Of a stretch of DNA of 64,000 nt, positions 48,801 to 58,709 are shown piece by piece. The translations under genes were made by a program, and so were the position numbers. The first letter of the stretch is position 1. The number at the start of each line of letters is the position of its first letter. The DNA is taken from IMG/VR virus record IMGVR_UViG_3300034683_000092, positions 32,584-96,583 of that record; one strand, 5' to 3'. Source of the DNA: a virus. The notes beneath the pieces were generated by a model. That model had not been told where the DNA came from. It did no database searches and saw nothing but the letters and a program-made list of their open reading frames with translations.

Positions 48801-50632
48801 TGGTTTTTAAGCATTGCATCAAGGTCTGATTTAACACCGTCTAAAGCTTCTTGCTCATTAGTATAAAATGTTCCATCGACTTTTTGCATGGCGCCCCAAA
48901 ATAAATCTCCTAGCTTAGCCGTTGTAACAGCTTCTGCTAATGGCTCTGATAAATCTGTGTCTTCTGTAGCAGCAAAAGCTAAAGCTTCAATTGCAGACTT
49001 ATCTCTAGTCTTATACTCTAAGACCTTCATTATTTTATCTAAATCATAATGAGTCTTTCCGTTCTCGTCAGTATAAACTTTGATCTTTTTACCAGTAGGA
49101 TTGCCTTCTTCATCTAATTCATCTTGCTCGCCAAATTCTTTTAATAAAGAGCTATCTACATCCATCATAGCTAAATTGCTATTGCGCATGTACTTGCTTA
49201 GCGTCTCCCATTTGCTTGCTAACACAGAGGCCTCAGCAGCCTCTCTACGCCTAGTTCCATGAGCAGCCATGCCACCCATCAATAATCCAGTAATACCGCC
49301 TAACAAAGCCTCTGAAGAGCCTTCTGGATCTTGCATAAATATATTCTTAACGAATTGATTTACATAAGACCCTAGTCTGCTATCATCTCCATTAGTTCTA
49401 AACAGTCTTTCTTCTTCATATTTAGCAATTGCATTTTGAGCGCCTTCTTCTGATGATTCAGATACATAGCTTAATCCCATGTCTTTTAAAGTACCCTTCC
49501 ATACGTTTATGCTTTTTGGGTCTAGTTCTCCATCCATTATTTTCTTAGCAACAGATTTTGTTCCGTTTTTTAAGAATCTATTGAATAGCACAGACTGTAT
49601 TGTGTTTGGCAAAACAAGAACCGCTGAGTTTGCTAGAAAGACATTCTTAGCTGATTCACCTTTCTCAAAGTCAAACTTCTCATTATATTCTCTTAGCATG
49701 TCGTCTTTTAATTGACTAGCTAATTTCAGCAGTTTTTCTTTTGGCCCATCAATAATTACTCCGCTTTCTTCTTTTGCAAATGATGGAGGATATTTAGAAG
49801 CTTCTTCTTCAAGCTTTAATATCTCTTTATATCTTGGATCTTTTGTAGCATTAGTCATTATATAGTCATTTCGACTAGCTTCAATCGATTTAGCTACTTG
49901 GCTCGCTTCTAATCCAGCTTCGTTAATTGTATTTACAGCAGTTGTAAGACCTATTGATCCATACTGTAATGCTTTACCAGCCATTCCAACAGCTTTTAAT
50001 GCAGAGCCAACCCCTGCGCCAGTAGCCATAGCTGATGCACTAAATGCTATTCCATCAAATAAATCCTCAGTCCAGAATTTTGCTGTCCCAATTTTATCAG
50101 CAAGCGATTCAGTTTGATAGTAGTCATCTCCTCCATATACAGGAAGGCTTTCTTTTAAACTATCATCCCAGGCTTGCATAGCTTCTGATACAGGATTATT
50201 ATAAGTCTTTTCTAATGACCTTGCAAAATCAACGTCTTTGTCTTTGCTTATAGCGTCAGATATTAAATCAGGAATAGTACCTCCTAAAAAAGACGCTCCC
50301 ATAGCTACACTAGATAATGTTTTAGGAATTATTGATGTAGCACGTGATACTAATGCATTTCCAAAAGCGTCATACCAAGGTTGTTCTTCCGCTCTCCATT
50401 GATTCAAATTATCAACTTGTTCTTGGAATAACTCAATTGATGTATCGTCATATTGACTTTCACCAAAATCTTCACCAAGTGATTGAGTAAATGAAAAACC
50501 CCTATTTGGATCAAAGTTACTGACAGCATAATCTAATATGCTGCCAGTCTTATCCTTTTTAATATTTGAATCACTATCTATATTCTCTTGCCCAACAACT
50601 TCTGGTTGGTTATAAAGCTCTCTTGATACCAT
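42872..50632 (-). CDS. Large virion cargo/ejection protein with SF1 (RecD-like) helicase domain
   Basis: PTKQQ, QGIAGTGKT, VVDEA, LGDPNQ, YRS, MQGRT, YTMISRA; N-terminal Gly/Ala-rich hydrophobic segments and long coiled coils. Confidence 0.8.
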   Translation of the reverse strand: MVSRELYNQPEVVGQENIDSDSNIKKDKTGSILDYAVSNFDPNRGFSFTQSLGEDFGESQYDDTSIELFQEQVDNLNQWRAEEQPWYDAFGNALVSRATSIIPKTLSSVAMGASFLGGTIPDLISDAISKDKDVDFARSLEKTYNNPVSEAMQAWDDSLKESLPVYGGDDYYQTESLADKIGTAKFWTEDLFDGIAFSASAMATGAGVGSALKAVGMAGKALQYGSIGLTTAVNTINEAGLEASQVAKSIEASRNDYIMTNATKDPRYKEILKLEEEASKYPPSFAKEESGVIIDGPKEKLLKLASQLKDDMLREYNEKFDFEKGESAKNVFLANSAVLVLPNTIQSVLFNRFLKNGTKSVAKKIMDGELDPKSINVWKGTLKDMGLSYVSESSEEGAQNAIAKYEEERLFRTNGDDSRLGSYVNQFVKNIFMQDPEGSSEALLGGITGLLMGGMAAHGTRRREAAEASVLASKWETLSKYMRNSNLAMMDVDSSLLKEFGEQDELDEEGNPTGKKIKVYTDENGKTHYDLDKIMKVLEYKTRDKSAIEALAFAATEDTDLSEPLAEAVTTAKLGDLFWGAMQKVDGTFYTNEQEALDGVKSDLDAMLKNQPDETTQERVDQLKASLDTMMEQYTKAKSIISDNTDSSLLTDNSNSGYLYYLEKALFYAMQQEQVFSRGMERAKSDEERARYSGLKDESTNLIAELSTKEGVTKAVDAIKQDLNKVDALKLELNKESAKPAMTKEEQDKLLALDKEYADKIEEVKLDESKSDEEKAESLKSINDDLNAKKEEISNKYKNDQRLSDIRYEIEETIAIHGTSKDALMYGLDFIKTGLSVDDIINGVKLGFRDKWIYNIGKSRVMTSSLYEKMSNIGNDINSDEGLNNAFDVLNYGLENAEIIAWDDKFDYPRKSIVQKAKDYVLNRSNEIERELSDINESVANEQDPSMIQMGLQRISQLRAQLNDYSSMYMDIEKAASLLDTAIANREQKFEELNKEAKSFDVFLKVQFAKEYIDELNKYIARINSEIETYSDKQALDREIKKAKSRLSVYRNRYSSLMPEFDAIADDLEKQIELLNALYQQVSLNSANKSALDSTLASEDAVSKLESLGLSLKGDKLVVEDAELFDEFKKLLPEKEANNLLSILSGTDDRPMASVFYDKIIQLAKENENVESFISTQIDKRIKELQNEVPDELDGSLIYRSMGTSAVPEELRVFSSFIQYIIGYNPSRGAVDLYTTFLRTANRPGNIPEEKSTALEKYMATLDINRLLLDLQAEVASGIYTILNDAELTNAFIKSIYLIKKAQQLTNLSNDLRSDFNRAKTVDAEESLLSDAKKNNPSLVIAPTKQQRIAIHSVIKWFLRPSKDEKSLKNKNRPDGLDGAMFVQGIAGTGKTKIVVKWTLNLLSKLGYLKDNEVIAFSNTESNTIDLNATVFPGRKIETPKASLNISKEDIPNTVKLLVVDEAAFLSKDELNSIASVIDEVNKSRKSTGLKPVKLLMLGDPNQISKTASFDSLGSPLNSYFALNGNGLGIENSPTLIVPYRSDVVEISETADAFQGKKRKLGYSVDTKCTANLFDANAVNPLGVHNVSSITSFVDQINTLLNNKSVAKATIVYNTQDELNSLTRAFADVDPSRYEFVFYKDMQGRTIDSIFVYITPNGFASYQKKQDSEFNTAMYTMISRATKYALIYNAQRPDGSYPFGDNKFISSITSTAEESKKSIKNNYNVYSDDLIFEKQVLSGTSTKKATRTKEEKAEEKLVNNTEEEAELDEAREEVEEAQADLNEDFEDVLDDGSLIPEEDLSDEEQSDESIVGVNIEGNVVSFKMEHPTSSSIIDSVDSPVKKGAELVFLRVNKNGKMMIGVYAKKQNGDLVNVGMLSQAEVAMLNLADEVTGDKNSITIEKVKNIDKISKSAFIKLNGENISGKIVSSPKKLKFVYSENSFDENTDGNMISRVLQKVSNAFGVEFNSNSIVGFKIFSNKDLEDEALKTKKLYSGSHVYMILNIPNSKKQIYVALSAKKMSNTGLAKIGKNGRDLNVKSIISDLANSFKSISTYFMNEDFKLGNLKFNNFIHQFSKLLNESNGFSLPDGVISFEHFDSYGQTLLKEIFNDSVDELNGFYNLHKKELATILSSLYDESMVSTKADLSIDEEVNKYGFAESIAVYNGQFNSALSNIFDLISDKYDAEEAYNAYSNAKDLPSLSRQSFLGIYNLLATAKDKEAMYLQLIDIFTGKSFLSGKIFSKGASVVIAEELGLSKSKDDVQLVRCVRDLTKSILDKSPIQTMPGSPVNGILYKYSYGNEGSGVGSIYYMNSDDENQLADFKKLESKRISKKNSSNAQTSFDYLVRSNKSMEGYRRQANETEREKRNFLFYGEPILPTEVKYGLKFKRFLSELAGIKEDQLPNFSSDRDKVEQSLINSGFSIDQAAAVLDEYETNGLKTVTTDVLESSIDDNNNIPLDRNYYNSMSKNMNDSKGVLNDEEMSDFIKEISSNLMTNLSEVNPTEISISVESGSSIKKETNALAVQEKTISIEEDLNDDFIEASLFDDLSGNVAEAEKAFMSEENGLSLQENLFNQSEINNAEDRKKKC

Positions 50633-52393
50633 TTATTTAGTGTCTTTTCTTTGTTCAGTAGGAGTTATAAATCCTTTACTAACTGCAAATCTAGTAGTTA
50701 AATTAAGCATGTCTTCTGGAGACATAGCCTCTACCTCACCTGTTTTATCATTCCTTGCTAATATCTCTAATCCATTTAATCCCTTTGACAACTGGAATGT
50801 CACGCCGTAATCAGTTTGTATTTGTTTTGGCTCAGAAAATAGCCCAGCAGTTTGGTCGTATTCCATAGCTTTAGCCATTGTAGACCAAACGGCTTCTTCG
50901 CTCTTATCCATAGCTTTATGAACAACATGCCCATTTATGACCTTTGTGAACATCGGTCGTCCATTTACTGAGGTTATATCCCACGGCTGTTTTGAGTTGC
51001 TAATTAACGTACCATAATCCTTTGTATTCATATCTATTTCACCCAGATATTCGCTTGGCGTTGCATTCTTGAGCGGTTTACCATCAATATAAATAGGCTT
51101 TTTATCAGATGTCATACTTGCTAAATCCCAGTACTTATCTGAATTACCAAATGCAGAATAATCATCTCTTTGTGAAATCTGTGCTGATGCAAATCCTCCA
51201 GATGAAGCCGAATTATAATATAGAGTTAATATATCCTTGTCAGTCATATTTTTAATAGGAACGCCTTCTACGCCTCTAGACGTAGTTCCTTTAATATTAC
51301 CGTAAGTAGATTTCATCTTTTTAACAATAGAATCATACGTTTGGTTATATTTATTTATAATAGGGCTGATTTTCTCGTCTTTTGTAAACATGACGTCAAA
51401 ATTCTTAGGTTTCTCAGCAGCTACTCTCTTTTGTGGTTCAGCTTGTGAGTAATTAAATATATCTAATGGTTGCGGATCAGGGGTTTCTAGTGTCTTTTTA
51501 TATCTAAGCAGCTCTTTGTCGTTCTCTAGTTTTTTAGATTCTAACGCAGAACTCATACCATACTGATCTGCCATGTTACCCCATTTATCTTCTCCAACTG
51601 CTGCCGCCAACCCAAGTCTTGCGTGTTGCTTTAATCGTTTGTATTCGTTGCTGTCTACTCCAAACATCTCAGCAGCACCGCTCGCCTCCATTGTGGTATC
51701 AACTATACCAGATAGATAATTAGTTATATTGTCAAATGTAGTCTTATCACCATTATCTAATGCAGCTTTTTGTATTTGTTCTAATGTAGCACCCTGTCCG
51801 TATTTAACAAAATATTGATAATTAATTCCAGCAGCTTTAACAAGCTCAGGTGTTACATTTGTCGTCTTAGCAACAACAGATGCTTGTTGGGCAACTGTTT
51901 TCATAAGCTCTCTACCGCTTTTACCAGATTGCATATATATACTAGGGTCTGCAAGTCCCTCGGTTAAGCTTTTTTTGTATGGATCTACATACTCATACGT
52001 ATCATCGTTTAGCTTTTTTTCAGCTAATGTTTTTGCTGCTTGTTCTCTTTTTAGAGCAACACTTTGCAACGGCATCAACTTCTCATTGTAATCTTTCTTT
52101 ATATTTAAAAGATTCCTTCTTGTTGCTCCACCGACTACTCCTTTGTTAGACAGCTCATCTATTGCTGAAGTAACAGTACCACTATATCTATTTAATTCAG
52201 ATATAGCCTCTTGGTCTACGCCCTGCACAAGCATAGTCTTTAATAGTGCAGCCTTGTCTTGCTCCGCTTGATATTCTTTCTCTGCCTCAATATGCTGTTG
52301 TGCCAGCATTTGGGCTGGATATAAAATTTCTTGCATTGACAGCGGAGTAAACTTTGCAACAGATGATCTATCTTGTGATGAATAACTAGCCAT
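50633..52393 (-). CDS. Putative virion cargo protein
   Basis: Position in the crAss-like cargo block; FTPLSMQEILYP N-terminus; helical composition. Confidence 0.65.
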   Translation of the reverse strand: MASYSSQDRSSVAKFTPLSMQEILYPAQMLAQQHIEAEKEYQAEQDKAALLKTMLVQGVDQEAISELNRYSGTVTSAIDELSNKGVVGGATRRNLLNIKKDYNEKLMPLQSVALKREQAAKTLAEKKLNDDTYEYVDPYKKSLTEGLADPSIYMQSGKSGRELMKTVAQQASVVAKTTNVTPELVKAAGINYQYFVKYGQGATLEQIQKAALDNGDKTTFDNITNYLSGIVDTTMEASGAAEMFGVDSNEYKRLKQHARLGLAAAVGEDKWGNMADQYGMSSALESKKLENDKELLRYKKTLETPDPQPLDIFNYSQAEPQKRVAAEKPKNFDVMFTKDEKISPIINKYNQTYDSIVKKMKSTYGNIKGTTSRGVEGVPIKNMTDKDILTLYYNSASSGGFASAQISQRDDYSAFGNSDKYWDLASMTSDKKPIYIDGKPLKNATPSEYLGEIDMNTKDYGTLISNSKQPWDITSVNGRPMFTKVINGHVVHKAMDKSEEAVWSTMAKAMEYDQTAGLFSEPKQIQTDYGVTFQLSKGLNGLEILARNDKTGEVEAMSPEDMLNLTTRFAVSKGFITPTEQRKDTK

Positions 52394-54173
52394 TCTTTAC
52401 CTCCTTTGCTTTTCTATTTCTTTTAGACCAAGCTTTGGCTGGGACTTTAGACATCGAGTCTTCTAATAGAGAAATAACACTATTATCACTAGTTGGATTA
52501 TTCTTATCTTTATTAATATATTCACCAGTAGCAGAATATCCATATAGCTTAGGAGCTAAATTCATCCATCTTTGTTCAGTTCCAATAGCTCCAAGGTTTT
52601 CACCAAGTCCAGCTATTTGTTCTCTGATAGCATTTCTTCTAGCCGCTCTATTAGCTGCATTCGTTGCTATCATCCTATCTTCTGCATTTGCATTGTATTG
52701 ATCTGCGGCCATACGCATTTGAGCATTAGCTTGCGATGTAGCTCTGTTAAACTCTAATGTTTTAGCAAGCATATCTCTATTATATTCTTTTGACTTAATA
52801 GCTGTGTCTCCGTAGGCATCGTATAGATTGTTCATAGCTGCAATCATAGAGGCATTAGCTACGCCTCTATTTCCACCAGAAGAGCCTTGTATCTTATCTG
52901 CTAGATTAGCATAATTACTAGTTAACTTGTTTGTTAGATACTCTTGATCAATTGGATCGTAAGACATCTTTTCAGACAGCAACGGAGCTTCTATTTTAGA
53001 TGTTCGTATAGTTTCTGGAGTAGACGCAATGTCTGATGCCAATCCTATTACATTAGAAGCTACTGGAGCGTATCTAAGCCAATCTCCGTAAGCGTGTTTA
53101 ACTGTTTTAGGATTTCCATTTATTGATACTTCCTGATGCCCTGGAGCCTCTTTAAATGCGCCTGTAGCATGCCCATAGGCAAGCCATGCATTATATGCTG
53201 ATTTTGATTTAAAATTCATTTGACCACCACTTTTAAATTGGTTAGTATTTTCTGATATTGCGTTGTGTTCTTCTTGCGCAGACATTAAATAATCCATTTG
53301 CTTGTTTAATCCACGCTTGCTAATTAAGTCAAGAGGCCTTTCCTCTGATTCTTTTTGAATTGTTTTTGCAGCAGAAGAAAAGGTTCTATTATTAAGCATC
53401 CCTGGCAGTCCAAATCGTTGCGCTTTGCTTAATTTGTTTCTATCAGAAAATATATAATCTTTCCATTTAGTTTCTCCTTGTTCAACTAGATTCAACTCGC
53501 CATTCTCGTTATATCCCTGTGGTATTCCTCCAAACGGGTTTTCTTCATGAGATCCACCATTTTTAAATTCTACAAGACTTCCTCCTTCTGCTAGTTGACT
53601 AGACAAACTACTGTATATAGAGTCTTCTGTTAGTTCTGTATTTTGAGCATTTATATTATTCATAGCAGCTCTTTCAGCTCTTCGTTTAGCTCTCTTTCTT
53701 TTACTATTACCAAATATAGATGAAACGGCTCCTCCAACTAATCCAACGCCAGCACCAATGGCTGTACCTATGCCTGGGGCTATAGCTGTTCCAGCAGCAG
53801 CTCCAGATGCAGCTCCGCCAAGCCCAGAGCTTACAGCGTTTGTTTTAGGCATTTCATATCCTTTAAAATCTGTAGCTTTTGAAAGAAGCTCTTGCTTACT
53901 TCCAGAAGTAAAATCCTGTTCTTGTATTTTTGGAACGCTTAGATTACCAGCCATCGTTTGATATAGACCAACAGCTCCTTGAACTCCACCAGCTATATTA
54001 CTTAGACCTATTGATGGAGCCTGCGCCCCCTGTATTGGTTGCGCTATGTTCGGTGTTGGTGCTTGATTTAGATTAGTCGCTGGAGCCATATAAGAAGGCA
54101 TCGCTGATTGAGGTATTACTAATGGGCCTCCAGGATAAAGCATCTTGAAGCCTCTTTGTTTCTTTTTTGCCAT
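52386..54173 (-). CDS. Putative virion cargo/ejection protein with glycine-zipper segment
   Basis: GAASGAAAGTAIAPGIGTAIGAGVGLVGG; GGSHEENPFGGIPQG, LVEQGET and YIFSDR, typical of the crAss-like gene next to the muzzle gene. Confidence 0.75.
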   Translation of the reverse strand: MAKKKQRGFKMLYPGGPLVIPQSAMPSYMAPATNLNQAPTPNIAQPIQGAQAPSIGLSNIAGGVQGAVGLYQTMAGNLSVPKIQEQDFTSGSKQELLSKATDFKGYEMPKTNAVSSGLGGAASGAAAGTAIAPGIGTAIGAGVGLVGGAVSSIFGNSKRKRAKRRAERAAMNNINAQNTELTEDSIYSSLSSQLAEGGSLVEFKNGGSHEENPFGGIPQGYNENGELNLVEQGETKWKDYIFSDRNKLSKAQRFGLPGMLNNRTFSSAAKTIQKESEERPLDLISKRGLNKQMDYLMSAQEEHNAISENTNQFKSGGQMNFKSKSAYNAWLAYGHATGAFKEAPGHQEVSINGNPKTVKHAYGDWLRYAPVASNVIGLASDIASTPETIRTSKIEAPLLSEKMSYDPIDQEYLTNKLTSNYANLADKIQGSSGGNRGVANASMIAAMNNLYDAYGDTAIKSKEYNRDMLAKTLEFNRATSQANAQMRMAADQYNANAEDRMIATNAANRAARRNAIREQIAGLGENLGAIGTEQRWMNLAPKLYGYSATGEYINKDKNNPTSDNSVISLLEDSMSKVPAKAWSKRNRKAKEVKNG

Positions 54174-57100
54174 TATATTGTATATGTTATTATTAAATCA
54201 TGAAAAACAAGTTTAGCTGGTTTAGACTGAAACTTATTATTATAAACAAGTTTTAGTGATGCCCACGGATTTCTAATTCTATGTATAGAGTTAGCTTCCC
54301 TAGGTAATGTAGAATTCCATATTCTAAACCGCCTAGTAGTGCCTTTTTCTATCACAGGAGTAGACTTAGTATTATCCATTATGTATTTAAATCCATTCTG
54401 ATATTCATTGCTTATAGATAAACTATTAAAAGACTCTTCTGGAACAAGTATATTATATTCGTTAGAGTTTGAATCATAAGAGAATACATCAGCTCTCCAT
54501 TGGATATTGTCGAATATTTTATCTAGAACTCCATCTGGATTAATGAATAATTCAACGTGTGAATCTTTTTTATTACCAAAGAATGTGTTGTAATCTCCAT
54601 CAAACATTGAATAAACATCTGAATGACTATCAGTAGTATATCTGTTGGCTATTAAGGAGTTATTTATGCTATCCATAAATGATGTCTTATCATAAGAATA
54701 CCTCCCCTCAAAAGCTTGAAGTTTATCAGAGTATTTTATGCAATCATCTTTTGTTATAATATATACATCATTATTAGACAAATCTGAAATAACTCTCTCT
54801 ACATCAAAATCTATAGGATTCCATCTTTTGTCTTTATAGAATATGTTTTCTTTAAACCACTGGCTACACCCTGTTGTTTCAGAAATGCTTTGCAATGACT
54901 CTCCGTTAGTGTAAAACAATTCTTGTCTATTGCTGTCAACGAAGACAACACCATCTTTAAATTTATCTATAGACCATTTATTATCTGAGCCTATTTCTTT
55001 AGATATATATCTAGTGCTATCTATTTTTGCAGAAGAGGCTAACTCAATTGGAACTCCATCTGATGTATTTACTTGGACTCTTGAATTAAAGAATATCTTA
55101 AATAATCCCTTATTTTGGAATCCTAAAATGTTTTCTCCACTTGTGAATAACTTACTAATCTTTCCTTTTGTACCATCAACAAAATAGGTAGTACCTAATT
55201 GGATGCTAGTCCATTCGTCTATTTTAGCACCAGGTGATTTCTCGTTAGTTATTGCAAAAGCAGATGGCATATTATCTGAATCTAATAAGTCATGATCTAA
55301 ACTTTGGTATTTAAAATAGTTATTAGATTGAGAGTACACATCATTATATTTTCCGTATGTCTCAAACGTCGAGTATTTTGAATTAGATTCATATCTGTGT
55401 TTGTCATATCTGCCATCTAAGTTAGAGTACGATTCACATATAAATGATAACACATTTGAATTCTTTTGCCAAGAATCAGAAGATCTTGGAGTAGTTCTTA
55501 ACACATCATATCTTTGAATGAATGTATTTCCCTCTGTAATTTCTATTAAATCAGTAAATCCATTATTTATAATATCAGAAAGCTTTAAAGATTGACCACA
55601 TGGAATCCATATATTAGACTTCAATGATTCTTCTGTTGCAATCCAATTACCGTTGATAAACTCTTGACCACCATACTGTATTGAATAATTAGATGAATGC
55701 AAATCTCTTACTAAGTCTACAATCCAAAAATATCCATATGGAAATAAAGAAGTAAAACTATCGTATGAATATCCAAAGCAAGTATTAGTACTTAACAAAG
55801 GCAAATAGTATTTAGACCCGCCACTTTTTCTATAAAAAGGTTTTGTTAATCCAGAGTTCGTGTCTGGGTAAAGCATCTGTGGATTATATTCAGTTCTAGA
55901 TTCGCCTGGTACTTCAAATTGCGGCATAAGCATTTGATACGGCTGATCGCTAGAATACCCCAATGATAAAAGAATATGATTATTGGCTTTATAGTTTATG
56001 TATAAAGTTTGATCTGTGCTTAATGCGTTAATTTCATCAACATAATTGTTGTATATAATAGTGCCGCTATCTCCATCGTTTGAATCTTGTTGATATTTTA
56101 TTGTTTCATCTGTAGCCCTAACAATTGACGGTTTATATATATTTAAATCAGTAATGCTATTGTCTACTGAACTTAAAAACATTCTATTAAATCCACTAAA
56201 TATAATAGATGAAATGGATTTGTCAGAATATACTTTGCTTGACTCGTAGAGTAATTGTTTTGCATCCCACAACCTAGTCTCGTCAGTGGCATTAGGAGAT
56301 TTATAATACATTAATTTTGTCGATGCAAACTTAGATATATTTTCATATGACAAGCTTGTTTGAGCTTTGTTTTTGTCATATTTAGTGTCTGTGTTTGTAA
56401 TACTACCATAGTTTTCTGCCATAGCAGTAGCAAATGCTACTCCTCTCAATCTAAGCTTATCGCATGATGCAAGCATTGAATCTATACTTGAATCATTAAC
56501 TTCTGGCGTCCAAAGATTTATTACATTCTTATCTATAAAATATCTTTCAGGATAAGATAATTCGCTATTTGTTATAGATACATGATCTGATGCTATTATA
56601 TATTGATATGGCGATGAGAAATCTGGATCACCAGTTGAAGAAGATACCATTGCTATCTCTGTAGGAGAGTCTTTTAGATATGGATATTTCTTTGTTCCAA
56701 TATTCATACCAGGCCCTCTATATGATAAAAACGAAAATGGGTCTACAAGCATCGGGCCAGCATTTATAGTAGGCCAAGCTGGCCATTCGTTTATAAATTC
56801 CTTATTTGGTCTAGATAAATAATCTGGTACAGCAAATGGTGAATTCCTATATCTATTAGAAACATTTGCAATAGTATTAGTTATAACTCCTTGAGCAATA
56901 ATGCTCTTGTCGCTATTTTTAGGATCTACAAAAACTGGTCTGATTGCCTTAAAGCCATTTGAATATAGCTTTGATATTACATTTTGAAATTTAGCATTGT
57001 TTTGTATTGATCCATATACAGGATTTATTGAAAACTCAAAATTGCCATAGTTTTTATCTAGTTTATTAGACTGATAGCTAATTGGCACTTTAAACTCTTT

Positions 57101-58708
57101 ACCCAAATAAACTGGTTCACTCCACGAACCGTCTTTATACTGAGCCTGTATACCGAACCTATAATACTCATTTTTTCTAAATGATTTTATTGGAACTTGC
57201 AGGTTATCTATTGTTTTTGGTTCATAAGAATAGACGCTATTAGATTTGTTTCTATTTAATGAATCGCAAACAATTATGCTTTTATCGTTATGCCAGAATA
57301 TATCTACAATAGATTCTCTTCTTGTTACTAGAAACTTACTTATTTTTATATCGCTTGATGAATCGTTGCTGTATATCTGAGCGTCAACACCGCTTGCTAT
57401 TAACTCAATAGAGTGCTCACCAATAGAAGTATCTAATGGTGTTGATAATCCAGCTAATAAAATAGTACCATCTGTGAATTCATCAACCGTATAAGTGAAT
57501 TTATATAAAGTCCCGACAGTTAGTTTATCTTCTTGCATTAACGTGTATTGCCCAGTTAAATGCGCAACGTTATAAGAGCCATTAACTGATTGTTCTATAG
57601 CAACGCTACCTGATACATACCCAAATAGGTTATTAGAAAATATTGGATTTATAGTTATATTTGCGTCTTCATATAAATCATCTTCAATTATATCTTTTAT
57701 CTTAGGTCTTTTTATTGATATGTTACCAGCGAACAAAGTGCCTTCTTTTGAAGTTAAAGTTCCAACAACTAATTCATCACCTCCAACAAAAAGAATGTGA
57801 GTATCAGATATAGAAGATCCTTTTATCCCATCGTCTACTAATGTAATAGAGAATGCGTCTTCTGAAATGTTATCTGGTATTTTAATGTCTGCGACTATTC
57901 TACATTGTGCTGTTGTATCTTTGCTTGTTCTTATTACTGAATATACTCTTAAGTAATCAAATCCTGAATCTAAGTCGTTTATAGTTATAACAAAACTATT
58001 TTGAACGGTTTCATCTGGTGATGCGCCTCTATCTTCTTGTGTTAAATAAAACTGCTTTGATGTTTTGAATATGTTTGATTCGCTGCCATTTTTATTCCAA
58101 TAACTAAATGCGTATTGTATAACGCCAGATGGGAACTGACCACCTCCATATTCTTTTGTAATAGATATATCATCTACAAAGTTTATCTCTGGGCAAAAAT
58201 TAAAATTGTTTGCTAATGTGGATGGGTTTTGTATATTGATATATCTTGGCTGATTATAGTCGTCAGTCCAGTATACTTTTATTATATTCTCATTCTCATA
58301 ATTACCAATAGCTTCTATTGGGTCTTTAACACAAAAGTTTAAATTTCCATCAAATAACTTTTCATATATAAAATCATCTTCTTTATATATCTTATATATA
58401 TAATCACCACTAGGTGAATCGTCTCTATTTAAGTTCTTTGTAGAGAATACTACTAAGTATTTGTCTATAACACAAGTGCCTATTACAATACCTTGTATGT
58501 TGTCTATTTGAGATAGGCCGTCTTTGCTTTTTAAAGATAGCTTTTTAGTTCCTTTCTCATTTGAAAAAGAAAACATGTCTCCATTATTTGATTTGCTTAT
58601 AGATATATTATAATTGTCTCTAGAATGTTCGCTAGAAAACTTGCTTATATTTATATCTTTATTCATTCCTTTTACGGGAGATATTCTTATGGATTTTCTT
58701 TCTCTCAT
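54173..58708 (-). CDS. Tail muzzle/stabilization protein (crAss-like)
   Basis: KGMNKD N-terminus, KVYWTD..NQPRYINI, GVIQYAFSY, YRFGIQ, RRFRIW...RIRNPW; beta-rich; synteny. Confidence 0.78.
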   Translation of the reverse strand: MRERKSIRISPVKGMNKDINISKFSSEHSRDNYNISISKSNNGDMFSFSNEKGTKKLSLKSKDGLSQIDNIQGIVIGTCVIDKYLVVFSTKNLNRDDSPSGDYIYKIYKEDDFIYEKLFDGNLNFCVKDPIEAIGNYENENIIKVYWTDDYNQPRYINIQNPSTLANNFNFCPEINFVDDISITKEYGGGQFPSGVIQYAFSYWNKNGSESNIFKTSKQFYLTQEDRGASPDETVQNSFVITINDLDSGFDYLRVYSVIRTSKDTTAQCRIVADIKIPDNISEDAFSITLVDDGIKGSSISDTHILFVGGDELVVGTLTSKEGTLFAGNISIKRPKIKDIIEDDLYEDANITINPIFSNNLFGYVSGSVAIEQSVNGSYNVAHLTGQYTLMQEDKLTVGTLYKFTYTVDEFTDGTILLAGLSTPLDTSIGEHSIELIASGVDAQIYSNDSSSDIKISKFLVTRRESIVDIFWHNDKSIIVCDSLNRNKSNSVYSYEPKTIDNLQVPIKSFRKNEYYRFGIQAQYKDGSWSEPVYLGKEFKVPISYQSNKLDKNYGNFEFSINPVYGSIQNNAKFQNVISKLYSNGFKAIRPVFVDPKNSDKSIIAQGVITNTIANVSNRYRNSPFAVPDYLSRPNKEFINEWPAWPTINAGPMLVDPFSFLSYRGPGMNIGTKKYPYLKDSPTEIAMVSSSTGDPDFSSPYQYIIASDHVSITNSELSYPERYFIDKNVINLWTPEVNDSSIDSMLASCDKLRLRGVAFATAMAENYGSITNTDTKYDKNKAQTSLSYENISKFASTKLMYYKSPNATDETRLWDAKQLLYESSKVYSDKSISSIIFSGFNRMFLSSVDNSITDLNIYKPSIVRATDETIKYQQDSNDGDSGTIIYNNYVDEINALSTDQTLYINYKANNHILLSLGYSSDQPYQMLMPQFEVPGESRTEYNPQMLYPDTNSGLTKPFYRKSGGSKYYLPLLSTNTCFGYSYDSFTSLFPYGYFWIVDLVRDLHSSNYSIQYGGQEFINGNWIATEESLKSNIWIPCGQSLKLSDIINNGFTDLIEITEGNTFIQRYDVLRTTPRSSDSWQKNSNVLSFICESYSNLDGRYDKHRYESNSKYSTFETYGKYNDVYSQSNNYFKYQSLDHDLLDSDNMPSAFAITNEKSPGAKIDEWTSIQLGTTYFVDGTKGKISKLFTSGENILGFQNKGLFKIFFNSRVQVNTSDGVPIELASSAKIDSTRYISKEIGSDNKWSIDKFKDGVVFVDSNRQELFYTNGESLQSISETTGCSQWFKENIFYKDKRWNPIDFDVERVISDLSNNDVYIITKDDCIKYSDKLQAFEGRYSYDKTSFMDSINNSLIANRYTTDSHSDVYSMFDGDYNTFFGNKKDSHVELFINPDGVLDKIFDNIQWRADVFSYDSNSNEYNILVPEESFNSLSISNEYQNGFKYIMDNTKSTPVIEKGTTRRFRIWNSTLPREANSIHRIRNPWASLKLVYNNKFQSKPAKLVFHDLIITYTI

Positions 58709-58709
58709 A

